A DNA stretch of 64,000 nucleotides from Minisyncoccota bacterium (GTDB lineage: Bacteria; Patescibacteriota; Microgenomatia; UBA1400; PJMF01). Made by a program: the position numbers and the translations under genes. This document shows, one piece after another, positions 1 through 9,631 of this stretch; positions within the stretch are counted from its first letter, which is position 1, and the number at the start of each line of letters is the position of its first letter. The notes under the pieces were generated by a model. That model made no database searches. It had not been told where the DNA came from and worked only from the letters and a program-made list of their open reading frames with translations. The stretch lies in NCBI GenBank assembly GCA_018657765.1, contig JABHWM010000005.1:65138-129137 (forward strand), read 5' to 3'.

Positions 1-363
1 ATGGAAACGTTTTATTTTGTGAGTTAAAGCAGCTTCCAAAAGTACTTGGGTACCGATAATATTTGTTTCTAGAAATATCTCTGGATTTTTTATTGATCTA
101 TCCACATGCGATTCTGCTGCAAAATGAACAACAGTATCTACATCATCCATAATCTTATTAACTAGTTGTTTATTTCCAATATCACCATGAATAAAGGTAT
201 AGTTAGCATTATTTTCTACAGAGGTTAAATTCTCGAGATTTCCAGCATAGGTTAGGTAATCTAGATTTATTATAGAGTCTTCTGGATGGTTTTTTAGCCA
301 GTACAAAATAAAATTAGAGCCAATGAATCCTGCTCCGCCAGTAACGAGAAGAGTTTGTGCCAT
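1..363 (-). CDS. rfbB: dTDP-glucose 4,6-dehydratase, N-terminal 121 codons (gene runs off the left edge)
   Basis: Not in the ORF track (no stop in window). My reverse-complement translation from the ATG at 363..361 reads MAQTLLVTGGAGFIGSNFILYWLKNHPEDSIINLDYLTYAGNLENL...VVHFAAESHVDRSIKNPEIFLETNIIGTQVLLEAA. This gives a Rossmann GxxGxxG plus the YAGN and AAESHVDRS blocks typical of RmlB/RfbB. A GGGAGA Shine-Dalgarno-like element lies 8 nt upstream. Confidence 0.85.
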   Translation of the reverse strand, partial: MAQTLLVTGGAGFIGSNFILYWLKNHPEDSIINLDYLTYAGNLENLTSVENNANYTFIHGDIGNKQLVNKIMDDVDTVVHFAAESHVDRSIKNPEIFLETNIIGTQVLLEAALTHKIKRFH

Positions 364-413
364 AATTTATTTCTCCCTTTTTATTTCCTTATTATATTTT
401 CAGTTTATAAATT

Positions 414-608
414 TTATTCTAATGGTAACACTTTAGATTGTAACTGCTGATTTTTTTGTACTTCAATCTGCCATGAAGAATGATAAAAGCCAGCGATATA
501 TGACAAAATTATAATTAATACTAATAATATTTTTATTACTATTTTAGAAGAAACTGGTTTTGGGAAAGATTGTTCAAATATTTTTTTCATAATTTGTTGA
601 TAATGCAT
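414..608 (-). CDS. small hypothetical membrane protein (64 aa, one hydrophobic helix)
   Basis: The ORF fills the gap between the LCP gene and rfbB on the same strand. It has one TM-like stretch (IVIKILLVLIIILSYIAGFY). No recognisable family; start uncertain. Confidence 0.35.
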   Translation of the reverse strand: MHYQQIMKKIFEQSFPKPVSSKIVIKILLVLIIILSYIAGFYHSSWQIEVQKNQQLQSKVLPLE

Positions 609-634
609 CAGTATAACTTACTATTTTTTTAAAC

Positions 635-1759
635 TTAAAAAAGAGCTTCTTTGATTTCTTGTCTAAATAAATCTTCGTTATTAATAGTGTAAACCCATTG
701 ATTCTGATAGATATAAGAAGGTCTAGGGTTATCTAGAGCTCCAGTCTGAGGATTATCTTTAGTGGTAGAGAGTTGATGACTAGAAAACATAATATTTTCA
801 CGAACAGGGATAATTGTTTTGACTGTACTAACTATTTCTTCTAGTGGAAAGACTTCAGAGAATGATGTCTCATAAAATTTATAAAGAGCCCCTGCTAGTT
901 CTGGTTCTTTTACATATTGTTTCAAATCAAGAAGTTGTGTAAATAAAGCTTTAATAACTATTTGTTGTCTTTCTCCTCTAGAAATATCTGTACCTTCATC
1001 GCCTTCACTATGTCTGCTACGAATGTATTTTAAGGCTCTTTCTCCAGATAAAGTTTGTGTTCCAGCTTTGAATTCAACTGTTTCATATAGTATGGCAGGA
1101 TCTCGTTCTACAGTAACGTCAACTCCAGATCTCGGAAACTCTGGATCTATAAATCCTTTTGGTATATCAATAGTAACCCCATTTACAGAGTCGATTAGTT
1201 CTTCAAGTTTATCCAGTGAAAGAACTATTGTGTGATGAATAGGAGTATCTGTTAATTCTTCGATAGTTTCTTGAGTGAATTTTTCTGGCTCATTAGGGTA
1301 TCTATCTAATCCATAAAAGTATAAAGCATTGATTTTTGTTTGATATTTTTCTGACCATAGATCACGAGGTAAAGGTAATGTGTTAATTTCACCTGTTTTT
1401 AAATTCAGTGAGATAAGCATAATAGTGTCTGTTAAAGGAGGGACATCTCCTCTACCAACTACAGAGTCAACTCCTAGCAGGAGAATATTTTTATGATTAT
1501 TTGTTTCTGTAGGGTTTTGTTCTAATCCTATTTGAACAGTGTTTTTAAGTTCTTTGAGAGTAATGCCAGCAGACTTCTCGAATCTTAATAATTTGCTATA
1601 TCCCCAGATTCCGATACCAATAGCTGTGATTAGTAACATAACAAAAGCTATGGACATAGCCATTAGATTTGTTTTTAAAAAAAGAAACCATAAGTTGTTT
1701 GAATACTTATCTTGAGATAATTCAGTTTTTTTTGTTTCTATTTCAATGTTTTTTTTCAT
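635..1759 (-). CDS. LytR-CpsA-Psr (LCP) family glycopolymer-to-peptidoglycan ligase
   Basis: N-terminal TM anchor (MAMSIAFVMLLITAIGIGIWGY) followed by LCP blocks ILLLGVDS...TDTIMLISLN, LPLPRDLW and GERALKYIRSRHSEGDEGTDISRGERQQ. Confidence 0.85.
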   Translation of the reverse strand: MKKNIEIETKKTELSQDKYSNNLWFLFLKTNLMAMSIAFVMLLITAIGIGIWGYSKLLRFEKSAGITLKELKNTVQIGLEQNPTETNNHKNILLLGVDSVVGRGDVPPLTDTIMLISLNLKTGEINTLPLPRDLWSEKYQTKINALYFYGLDRYPNEPEKFTQETIEELTDTPIHHTIVLSLDKLEELIDSVNGVTIDIPKGFIDPEFPRSGVDVTVERDPAILYETVEFKAGTQTLSGERALKYIRSRHSEGDEGTDISRGERQQIVIKALFTQLLDLKQYVKEPELAGALYKFYETSFSEVFPLEEIVSTVKTIIPVRENIMFSSHQLSTTKDNPQTGALDNPRPSYIYQNQWVYTINNEDLFRQEIKEALF

Positions 1760-1878
1760 ATAATTAATTTTAACTTAAATAGTTCACTAACATTTATTGT
1801 AGCCTAAATTTCGTTAAAGAGAAAAAGTATTGTAGTTAAGTTTAGTTATAGATACAGATTGTAGGAATTTATCTTAAG

Positions 1879-3678
1879 ATGGGCTACAATGAGCAGGTGC
1901 AAAAACTCAAACAGTGGTCAGTTTTATCTTTTTTATTGTTGATATTTTTTGCTGCTTCTTGGTCTTTATTGATAACTTCCAAGTTTTTTAGAGTTCATGA
2001 TTTTACTCACGCAGGTAGAATCTCTGAAATGGCTCAAGCACTTCAAGATGGTCATTTCCCAGTTAGATGGACAGAGAACTTTGGATATGGGTATGGTATG
2101 CCATTATTTGAGTTTTATGGTCCTTTACCTTTCTATATAGGTGCAGTTGTTTTTATACTTTTTGGTAATGTAATTTGGAGTATAAAATTTCTATATCTGT
2201 TATCTAACTTAGGAACGCTTCTCGGCGGATATTTTCTTGGTAAAAAGTTGTTTGGCAGAGTGGGTGGTTTATTGTTGTCAGCTTTCTTGACTTTGGCTCC
2301 TTATAGAGCAATGAATCTTTTTGCTAGAGGGGCTCTTAATGAAGTCTGGGGTATTATGTTTTTACCTTGGATATTGCTTGGTTTATTACAGATTTTTCAT
2401 CAACAGAAAAGTGGTTGGAAAACTTTCTTTTTTTCTTTGGTAGGTTTGTTTTTATCTCACAACATTACTACCATGATTTTTTTACCAATACTAATCATTT
2501 TTGCTTTGGGTTATGGAGGCTTAATGTTTTGGCAGCAAGCACCTGAATTTTTTAGGAAAGGAAGATTTAGAGCTCGCAATGTTCTGAGAATTATTTGGCA
2601 AATGTTTACGACTGGTGTTTTAGCTATTACTGCATCTAGTTTTTATTTAGTCCCTGCTTTTTTAGAAAAGAGCTTCACCCAAGTTGAAAAAATAATTTTA
2701 ACTCCATATTTTGATTATCATTTACACTTTTTATATATTAGACAGTTTTTTACTCCCAATTGGGGATATGGGGGAAGTGGCTGGGGTACAGAAGACGGTA
2801 TTTCTTTTTTCTTAGGTTGGGGACAGTTGTTAGCAGTTTTTTCTTTATTAGCTCTTTGGTTGTATCATTTTTTCCGTAAAATAATGAAAAAAGATGTAGA
2901 GAAAGTTCTTTCTAATAAAGTATTTTACTTAACATTTTTATTTGGAAGTATTTTTCTTTTAAGTAGTTTGATGAGTTTATTAAAAACACAGTTTATTTGG
3001 GATCAGATTTCTCTTTTTAAATTTATTCAATTTCCATGGAGATGGATGAGTATCTCGATTTTGTTTTTATCGATCTTACTGGCTAGCAGAGTATGGTTAT
3101 TTACAAATATAGTTACTAGATCTTGGACTGCTGGTATTTGTATAGTCATAACTGTTTTTAGTTCTGCTATATATTTTCAACCAGAAAAATATCTGGATGA
3201 TGCTAATGATTTTTATTACACAGATAAAATGAATATTCGTAAAAACTTAAGTCAAATTCTTCCTGATTATATTTCTACTGATATGAAAGAAAATCCTACA
3301 ATAATTCCTGACTCATTAATTCTTAATCAAGATTTATTAGCAGACGAATCAGTAGAGATTATTGCAGATAGAGTTCATGAAAAACTTATTAGAACTTCTT
3401 TTACAGAAACAACCAATCTAGAGTTTTCAGTAGCAACTTATCCAGGCTGGAGAGCAGAGATCGATAATCAGTGGTGGAATAAAAACAAAGGAGAAAATGG
3501 AAATATCATGATTGAAATCCCTTCAGGAGATCATCTGGTAAGTCTTCGTTTTGAAAGCACGCCTGTTAGATATTGGTCAGATTTAACTAGCTTTTTTTCT
3601 TGGATTATTTTTATATCTTTTAGTTTTCCAACAGTATCTAAAAAAATATTAAAAAAGAAAAAATTTAAAAATCTATGA
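1879..3678 (+). CDS. YfhO/PTPS-related-type integral membrane protein, probable GT-C glycosyltransferase (family B, copy 1)
   Basis: 599 aa, many hydrophobic helices. It shares three blocks with ORFs 9632..11353 and 29685..31385: an N-terminal loop HAGRISEMAQALQDGHFPVRWTENFGYGYGMPLFEFYGP, a mid FIQFPWRW block, and a C-terminal YPGWRAEIDN block. Confidence 0.6.
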   Translation: MGYNEQVQKLKQWSVLSFLLLIFFAASWSLLITSKFFRVHDFTHAGRISEMAQALQDGHFPVRWTENFGYGYGMPLFEFYGPLPFYIGAVVFILFGNVIWSIKFLYLLSNLGTLLGGYFLGKKLFGRVGGLLLSAFLTLAPYRAMNLFARGALNEVWGIMFLPWILLGLLQIFHQQKSGWKTFFFSLVGLFLSHNITTMIFLPILIIFALGYGGLMFWQQAPEFFRKGRFRARNVLRIIWQMFTTGVLAITASSFYLVPAFLEKSFTQVEKIILTPYFDYHLHFLYIRQFFTPNWGYGGSGWGTEDGISFFLGWGQLLAVFSLLALWLYHFFRKIMKKDVEKVLSNKVFYLTFLFGSIFLLSSLMSLLKTQFIWDQISLFKFIQFPWRWMSISILFLSILLASRVWLFTNIVTRSWTAGICIVITVFSSAIYFQPEKYLDDANDFYYTDKMNIRKNLSQILPDYISTDMKENPTIIPDSLILNQDLLADESVEIIADRVHEKLIRTSFTETTNLEFSVATYPGWRAEIDNQWWNKNKGENGNIMIEIPSGDHLVSLRFESTPVRYWSDLTSFFSWIIFISFSFPTVSKKILKKKKFKNL

Positions 3679-5180
3679 TTAATTCAACTGCTGTTGATAC
3701 AACTGACGAACTAGAAGAGTTAATGGATGATGATATCTCTGAGATAAAAGAGAAATCAGTTTCAGGTGTTGTTTCTTATTTTTTAAGAACAGCCTTTATG
3801 CAAGGCATTGGGTTAGTAGCAATTATTATATTGAGTGCTTTCCTTTCTCCTAGCGATTTTGGTATTTATGGATTTGTAACCCAGATCATTGGTTTACTGA
3901 TTTTCTTTTCTGATGTAGGTCTTGCTGCGGCCTTAGTTCAACAAAAGAAAAATCCAGATAATGAAGAATATAAAGTAATATTTACTTTACAGTGGATTTT
4001 ATCTTTATTAATCGTTGGTGTGATTTTATTATTAATTTGGACTGGTTTTATTCAACAAAAAGTAGGAATAGCTGGTGTCTGGGTATTATTGAGTTTAGCT
4101 GTTTCTTTTCCTTTGGCTACTTTAAAAACTGTTTCATCTATTAAATTAGAGAGGAAACTTCTTTTTCAAAAACTTGTTGTACCTCAGATTTTTGAACAAA
4201 TTATTTTTTATAGTTTATTAATAGCTCTAGCTTGGAAAGGAATGGGAGTATTGTCTTATGCTTATGCCATTATTGCTAGATCTATAGTTGGAGTGATAGT
4301 AATGTGGATTATTGAGCCATGGAAAAAGATTGGTTTTTTATGGAATACCAAAATTCTTAAATCATTATTAAATTTTGGGTTAAAGTTTCAATTTAATGAT
4401 TTTTTAGCAAGAATTAAGGATCAGCTTTTTTATCTAATCTTGGGAATATTTTTGCCTTTAGATCAATTTGGCTATATTCAATGGGCAAAAAATTGGTCTA
4501 TGTATCCATATAACCTAACAGTTCAGAATGTAATGGCTATTACTTTTCCAACTTACTCTAGATTACAGCACAGGCTGGATATCTTAAAAAGAGCTATAGA
4601 AAAATCTTTATTTTTCATTTCATTAGCCATTTTTCCTATTTTAGTAGGAATGAGCATCTTCATCTGGCCACTTACTCAAGTTTTTGAAAAATATAATAAA
4701 TGGGAACCAGCCATTTTTAGTTTTATTTTCTTTGCGCTTAGTATTGGTTGGGCAGCTATCTCTACTCCTTTGGTAAATACTCTGAATGCTATTGGTCATA
4801 TTAATCAAACTCTGAAATTAATGGGGATGTGGACAGTTCTGACTTGGGTTTTGACTCCTGTTTTTATCTGGAAGTTTGGTTTTAATGGTGTTGCACTATC
4901 TGCTTTTATTATTTCTTTCACCTCATTGTTATCTATCAGGATGGTAAAGAAGCATATTCCCGTTGTAATTATTCCTCAGATTAAGAGTGCTTTATTGGCT
5001 GCTATTTTAATGGCTATTGTTGGTTATCTAGGTATAAATTACTGGGCTAGAGACATCTATAGATTATTACTAGGAGTTGTTATTACTAGTGGAGTATATG
5101 GATTATCAATTACTTTACTTGATGGTAAAAAGATATTTGTTGAGATAAAAAGTTTGATTAATAGACCTAAAAAAAAGTAA
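3675..5180 (+). CDS. Wzx-like polysaccharide/oligosaccharide flippase (MOP superfamily)
   Basis: 501 aa, roughly 12-14 hydrophobic helices. N-terminal block VSYFLRTAFMQGIGLVAIIILSAFLSPSDFGIYGFV is typical of the polysaccharide biosynthesis protein family. The ATGA overlap with the upstream gene suggests translational coupling. Confidence 0.7.
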   Translation: MINSTAVDTTDELEELMDDDISEIKEKSVSGVVSYFLRTAFMQGIGLVAIIILSAFLSPSDFGIYGFVTQIIGLLIFFSDVGLAAALVQQKKNPDNEEYKVIFTLQWILSLLIVGVILLLIWTGFIQQKVGIAGVWVLLSLAVSFPLATLKTVSSIKLERKLLFQKLVVPQIFEQIIFYSLLIALAWKGMGVLSYAYAIIARSIVGVIVMWIIEPWKKIGFLWNTKILKSLLNFGLKFQFNDFLARIKDQLFYLILGIFLPLDQFGYIQWAKNWSMYPYNLTVQNVMAITFPTYSRLQHRLDILKRAIEKSLFFISLAIFPILVGMSIFIWPLTQVFEKYNKWEPAIFSFIFFALSIGWAAISTPLVNTLNAIGHINQTLKLMGMWTVLTWVLTPVFIWKFGFNGVALSAFIISFTSLLSIRMVKKHIPVVIIPQIKSALLAAILMAIVGYLGINYWARDIYRLLLGVVITSGVYGLSITLLDGKKIFVEIKSLINRPKKK

Positions 5181-5184
5181 GGGC

Positions 5185-6540
5185 ATGAGTAGACAAATGA
5201 ATAAAAAAATTTTAATTTTTCTGTTATTTGTTATTGGTGGCTTTTTCTTTAGAGTATCTAATTATTATCTTTTTCCTGTTTTTGGAGAAACTTCAGATGA
5301 AAGTGCTTGGACTCTTCTGGGTTCTAGTATTTTACAAGAAAAAGTTCCTGCTTCCTGGTCTTATTTTCAGGCATACGATAATTACGTATATAAAACAGGA
5401 GTTTATGATGCTCCTATAGTTAGGCCTGTTTTTGATCATCCACCGTTATTTTCCTTCTTCCCTGGGTTAGCACACACCTTGAGAGCTAACTGGATTGAGT
5501 CTCCTTCTGCTAAGGTAATTCGTTTGCCAATGGTAATTATTGGAGCAATTAATGTTGGTATTTTTTGGTTAGTAGCTAAAAAGTTTTTTAAAGAAAGAAA
5601 GTGGGCTGCTATTACAACAATTCTTTTTATGACTATTCCAGAGATTGTATTTGGGAGTAGGTTGGTAGTAGCAGAGAATTTAATTGTAACTTGGATTTTA
5701 TTGGCTTTATTGGCAATTCTTTATGAAAAAAAGAAGTGGAGTTTATCTTTATTGTTTTGGGTTAGTGTATTTTCTATTTTGACTAAAATTTCTGGAATAG
5801 TAGTTCCTGTCTCTATTTGTGCTTTAGCGGTTTTGCAAAAAGAAAAAAAATGGTTTAAAGTTGGTTTTTTTGGAGCTGTTACTGGAGTTGCAGTGTTTGC
5901 ACTGTATGGAGCATTTTATAACTGGGAGTTATTTTTGTCTGTCTTACAAGCTCAATCTACCAGAGAATTAGGTCTTGCAACCTTTCAAAACAGGTTTTTT
6001 ATACATCCAACACTAGTTCATCATCTGTTTTTTGATGGTTGGAAAATACTTGGTCTTTTTGCAACATTTTTTATTTTACAAAAGACTCAAAAGAAGTATA
6101 GACTTTTGCAGTTTTTTTCTTTGATAAATATTTTATTTATTATTTCTACAGCAGGAGAAACAACTTTCCATGGTTGGTATGATTTTGTGTTATGGCCTAG
6201 TTTTGTATTAGCTATAGGGTCTTTGTTTAAAGAGATATATGAAAAGAAGCTTTATTTACTTTCAGGATTAGTTTGGATTCTTCTCTTGCCATTATTAAGA
6301 ATGGTTAGTGTTTTTGGTGATTACAATTTATCTTTGTGGGGAGTAAGAGGAGCTGTTAGTCTTGGATTTACTCCTTTGTTTTTTGAGTCTATATCTTTCA
6401 AAAAAACTAGTCAAAGGTTTTTAGTTTTATTTTTTGGATTGTTAATAATCTTAAATATTTTTGTTGTTTTTTCTATTACTCATACTGGATACTGGAATCA
6501 AGCTGAGTTCTTTTCATCTAATATGCCGAAGGTAAGGTAG
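5185..6540 (+). CDS. PMT/ArnT-like (GT39-type) integral membrane glycosyltransferase, singleton
   Basis: 451 aa multi-pass protein. It has an acidic first-loop motif (GETSDESAW) and a VFDHPPLF block resembling the DVHPPL block of protein O-mannosyltransferases. Confidence 0.5.
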   Translation: MSRQMNKKILIFLLFVIGGFFFRVSNYYLFPVFGETSDESAWTLLGSSILQEKVPASWSYFQAYDNYVYKTGVYDAPIVRPVFDHPPLFSFFPGLAHTLRANWIESPSAKVIRLPMVIIGAINVGIFWLVAKKFFKERKWAAITTILFMTIPEIVFGSRLVVAENLIVTWILLALLAILYEKKKWSLSLLFWVSVFSILTKISGIVVPVSICALAVLQKEKKWFKVGFFGAVTGVAVFALYGAFYNWELFLSVLQAQSTRELGLATFQNRFFIHPTLVHHLFFDGWKILGLFATFFILQKTQKKYRLLQFFSLINILFIISTAGETTFHGWYDFVLWPSFVLAIGSLFKEIYEKKLYLLSGLVWILLLPLLRMVSVFGDYNLSLWGVRGAVSLGFTPLFFESISFKKTSQRFLVLFFGLLIILNIFVVFSITHTGYWNQAEFFSSNMPKVR

Positions 6541-6661
6541 TTAGATATTATTTTTTAGTTCTGGATTTATTTCTTTTAAGACCTTTATTGCAAACCATTT
6601 ATCAGATTTTTTCATATATTTTTTAATTATATCAAACATTAAATACTGATTTAATTATAAA

Positions 6662-6688
6662 AACAGGCTGATTTTTAAGCAGCCTGTT
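6662..6688. terminator. bidirectional intrinsic terminator hairpin between convergent genes
   Basis: Perfect 9-bp stem aacaggctg (6662..6670) / cagcctgtt (6680..6688) with a 9-nt loop, flanked by A/T-rich runs. It lies between the stop at 6540 (+) and the stop at 6719 (-). Confidence 0.7.
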
Positions 6689-6718
6689 CTACATTTTATT
6701 TATATTTTAGTATTCTTC

Positions 6719-7714
6719 TTATAAGAATAAGAGGAGGATTGCTCCAGCACCTAGTGCTCCAAGTCCTGCAGAAAGATATTTCAACCAATCTTCTGGACCT
6801 GTTGCTGGGAGTGTTGAAGGAAGAGGCGGTTGAGTAGGGTCTACATTTACTGTAACACTAGTTGTAGAAGTACTACTAGAACTTGAGCTAGAAGAGGTTG
6901 GTTCTGCAGTAGGTTCACTGGTTGGCTCTGTAACAGTAGTAGGCTGAGGTGTTGGCTCAGTAGTAGGCTCTGTTGTAGGTTCTGTGGTTGGAAGAGGTTC
7001 ATCAGCACAACTACAGATATCTTTTGTATCATCTCCTGCTGCTCCTGTAGAAGTACATTCACCAGTCTCAGTTCCTGTAGAACAAGTATCTCCAAAATCT
7101 TTTCCTTGGCAGCTAGCCACAGAAGTTGTGGAACAGTCTCCTAGAGAACATGCCTCAAATGGAACTGCACATAGTTCATCTTTTTCACAACCATCTGCAT
7201 AAGTAATACATTCTTCATTAGCACCAATGCATGAGCCTGTTATTTCAGTACAAACTTCTGGGGTTGGAGTAGGAGTAGCACAGGCAGTCATGTTTGTGGT
7301 CCATGCACCACCAGGTGCTGGGCAACAGTAATCTACGCCACCACATCCTTGAACTCTTCCGGCTGAGTTACAGATACTATCATCAGATGATCCATCTGAC
7401 TCTGGAGGAGTACAACTTCTTAAAACACCATCACTACCAGGACATTGTTCCACACATTGAGTAGCTTGTTGTCTAACATCTTGAGGTTTTTCAACTAAAA
7501 ATAAGCTAGCCAAGCCTCCAATAGCTAAAATAGCAAGAATTATTCCTCCAATAAGATAAGTTTTCATTGGAGATTTTTTTTCTGGAACGGGTTGTTGGGG
7601 TGCTTGTGGAGCAAGCTCTGGAGATGGCGCTGGTGCAGAACTCACAGCTGGCTGTTGGGGAATATTGCTAGCTTGTGGTTGAGGTTCAGTATTTGATCCT
7701 GTGACGTTAATCAT
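6719..7714 (-). CDS. Cys-rich secreted/surface protein with Pro/Thr/Ser repeat stalk and C-terminal LPATG sortase-type sorting signal
   Basis: 331 aa, in four parts. (1) A P/Q-rich N-terminus. (2) A TM/signal-anchor (TYLIGGIILAILAIGGLASLFLV). (3) A roughly 165-aa domain with 20 Cys by my count. (4) A TEPT-type repeat and S8 run, then LPATG (6797..6811) followed by hydrophobic LSAGLGALGAGAILLLFL. No basic tail follows the hydrophobic segment. Confidence 0.7.
   Translation of the reverse strand: MINVTGSNTEPQPQASNIPQQPAVSSAPAPSPELAPQAPQQPVPEKKSPMKTYLIGGIILAILAIGGLASLFLVEKPQDVRQQATQCVEQCPGSDGVLRSCTPPESDGSSDDSICNSAGRVQGCGGVDYCCPAPGGAWTTNMTACATPTPTPEVCTEITGSCIGANEECITYADGCEKDELCAVPFEACSLGDCSTTSVASCQGKDFGDTCSTGTETGECTSTGAAGDDTKDICSCADEPLPTTEPTTEPTTEPTPQPTTVTEPTSEPTAEPTSSSSSSSSTSTTSVTVNVDPTQPPLPSTLPATGPEDWLKYLSAGLGALGAGAILLLFL
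6857..7000 (-). repeat. imperfect tandem 12-nt (TEPT/EPTx) repeats plus poly-Ser tract inside the LPATG protein gene
   Basis: This stretch translates to EPLPTTEPTTEPTTEPTPQPTTVTEPTSEPTAEPTSSSSSSSSTSTTS. The repeat is visible on the plus strand as recurring ggttggctc/gtaggttc units. Confidence 0.8.
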
Positions 7715-7859
7715 TGTATTAGTTTTCCTAATTTCATATTCAAATTACTATATAAGGATACGTCAACATAAGGAGTCTTGTAAACAGGGGGTTTTATAAT
7801 TTTATGGCAATTTGAAGATAATAGTTTATAAATACAATTTTATGTACTACATTAGTAAT

Positions 7860-9623
7860 ATGTCTATTTTAAAAAAGTTTTTATTTTTAGCAAATAATTT
7901 CATTAACTCAGATTTTTTTAAATTAATTATTATCTTATTAATTGCTTTATTTTTAAGAACTTTCCGTTTGTCTTTTTCTCCACCCAGATTAACTCACGAT
8001 GAGATGAGTATTGGATATAATGCTTATTCTATTTTAAAAACTGGAAAAGATGAGTGGGGGCGCAGCTTTCCCCTAGATTTTGAAGCTTTTGGAGATCACA
8101 AGCTTCCTGGTTATATATATTCTTTAGTGCCGTTCCTGAGTTTTCTGCCGATGAGCATGGTTTCAATTAAAATCCCATCAATAATCGCTGGCCTCTCTAC
8201 TATTTTAGCGATGTTTTATTTGACAAAAACTATCACAAAAAATAGACATTTAAGTTTTTTAACCGCTTTTCTACTGGCCATTAGTCCTTGGCCAATTCAT
8301 ATTTCTAGAATGGCTTTGGAGTCTAATCTAGCTTTAGCTTTATTTTCTTGGGGTATTTATTTTTTGATAAAAACATTTGATTTGAATTCTGTAAAAGATG
8401 CTTCAAAAAACTTGGTTAAAGACAATAGAGCGGCTATTTTAGCTGGATTGTTTTTAGCTTTTAGCACATATTTTTATATAGCTTATAGATTGATTGTTAT
8501 TTTGGTTTTATTTTTAACACTAGTTTTAACATTCAAATATAAGCTCAGTAAAAAAAGATTACTAGCTTTATTTAGTGTTTTTATTTTAGTTTTATTACCT
8601 CTCATCGGACAGCTATTCGGTAAATCAGGAACAGCTAGATTTACCCAAGTATCTATTTTTTCTAATGATGGGGTAGAGGCAACTATTTTAGAGCAACATA
8701 ATTTTTGTTTTCTTTCACAACCAAAATTTCTACCTAGAATTTGTAGAGTTATTTACAACAAACCATTTTTCTATATAAAAACTTTTAGTAAAAATTATTT
8801 ATCATTCTTATTACCTACTTTCCTTTTTATAGAAGGAGATCAATTGGAGTATCTCAATGACCCTAGTTTTGCTGAGTTTTATATGTTTTTAATTCCTTTT
8901 TACCTAATGGGAATTAATTATTGGGTTAAGAAAAAAGGCTATAAAGCAGATATTATTAAATATAGTTTTTTGATAGCTCCCATACCATCTGCTTTAGTGG
9001 GAGATCCGCAAATAGTTAGAGGCAGTGCTTTACTGCTTTTTGTGACTTTGTTTTCTGCTACCGGTATTTATGAAGTTTTCAGATTAATTAAAAAGAAGTT
9101 TTATAAGTATTCCTTTGTAGTATTTACATTATTGTTGACATTAATATCTTTAGTTAGATTTTTTATAAGCTATAGTTATATATATCCTGGAAAATACGAA
9201 AACTCTTTTTATCAGTTATCAGACAAAATTGCTTTATTTATGTTGGAAAAAGAATCTGATTATGATTTAATTTATATAGATAAAAATTTTCCAGATGCTC
9301 ATATTTTAATTTCTTTTTATAATCAAATAGATCCTAGTTGGTATCAAGATAATATCGTTAGACCTGTGAGTCAAGATGGTTTTGGTTTTTCACATCCTAC
9401 TAAACTTGGTAAATATGAGTTTGGTGATGAGCTATTGGATGGCTTTATTTGTAATGAAGAAGATGATAAAAAAGTTCTTTATGTAAGTAATCATTTGGAG
9501 ATACCTGCTGATTGGGTATTTAAAGATTTCTCTAATGTTCATACACAAGTACAGGTTTATGATATTGATCAAACAAGAGATAAATTAAAAAAAGCCAAGT
9601 TGTTTAGAAATATTTGTCATTAA
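7860..9623 (+). CDS. ArnT/PMT-like (GT39/GT83-type) GT-C membrane glycosyltransferase, family A copy 1
   Basis: The track ORF starts at TTG 7812; I prefer ATG 7860 (MSILKKFLF...). Family A blocks present: THDEMSIGYNAYSILKTGKDEWGRSFPLDFEAFGDHKLPGYIY and SPWPIHISRMALESNLA. Many TM helices plus a soluble C-terminal domain. Confidence 0.65.
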   Translation: MSILKKFLFLANNFINSDFFKLIIILLIALFLRTFRLSFSPPRLTHDEMSIGYNAYSILKTGKDEWGRSFPLDFEAFGDHKLPGYIYSLVPFLSFLPMSMVSIKIPSIIAGLSTILAMFYLTKTITKNRHLSFLTAFLLAISPWPIHISRMALESNLALALFSWGIYFLIKTFDLNSVKDASKNLVKDNRAAILAGLFLAFSTYFYIAYRLIVILVLFLTLVLTFKYKLSKKRLLALFSVFILVLLPLIGQLFGKSGTARFTQVSIFSNDGVEATILEQHNFCFLSQPKFLPRICRVIYNKPFFYIKTFSKNYLSFLLPTFLFIEGDQLEYLNDPSFAEFYMFLIPFYLMGINYWVKKKGYKADIIKYSFLIAPIPSALVGDPQIVRGSALLLFVTLFSATGIYEVFRLIKKKFYKYSFVVFTLLLTLISLVRFFISYSYIYPGKYENSFYQLSDKIALFMLEKESDYDLIYIDKNFPDAHILISFYNQIDPSWYQDNIVRPVSQDGFGFSHPTKLGKYEFGDELLDGFICNEEDDKKVLYVSNHLEIPADWVFKDFSNVHTQVQVYDIDQTRDKLKKAKLFRNICH

Positions 9624-9631
9624 TCAAGATT

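Noticed and set aside
1023-1235. Track ORFs lying antisense to, or nested inside, longer motif-bearing genes. These are 1023..1235, 5228..5419, 6847..7095, 6984..7202, 14059..14241, 16255..16440, 17593..17778, 17667..17870, 18850..19140, 23536..23772, 28002..28235, 31927..32121, 32669..33067, 35107..35328, 42563..42745, 45151..45336, 49375..49608, 52091..52318, 52997..53185, 56345..56584, 56792..57001, 57347..57661, 58044..58310 and 58638..58838.
   Set aside because: Each overlaps a longer ORF that carries clear family motifs. Their translations are low-complexity or biased as expected from reading AT-rich coding DNA in the wrong frame, and none has a convincing ribosome-binding site.
6544-6615. 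23-codon minus-strand micro-ORF (MKKSDKWFAIKVLKEINPELKNNI) in the convergent intergenic region.
   Set aside because: It is too short, has no ribosome-binding site, and lies between two stops next to a terminator. It is most likely chance in AT-rich DNA.
7565-7567. Internal Met50 as the true start of the LPATG protein, which would give a classic signal peptide (MKTYLIGG...).
   Set aside because: The upstream ATG at 7714 has an AGGAAA site at suitable spacing, while Met50 has none. This stays open and is noted in the finding.
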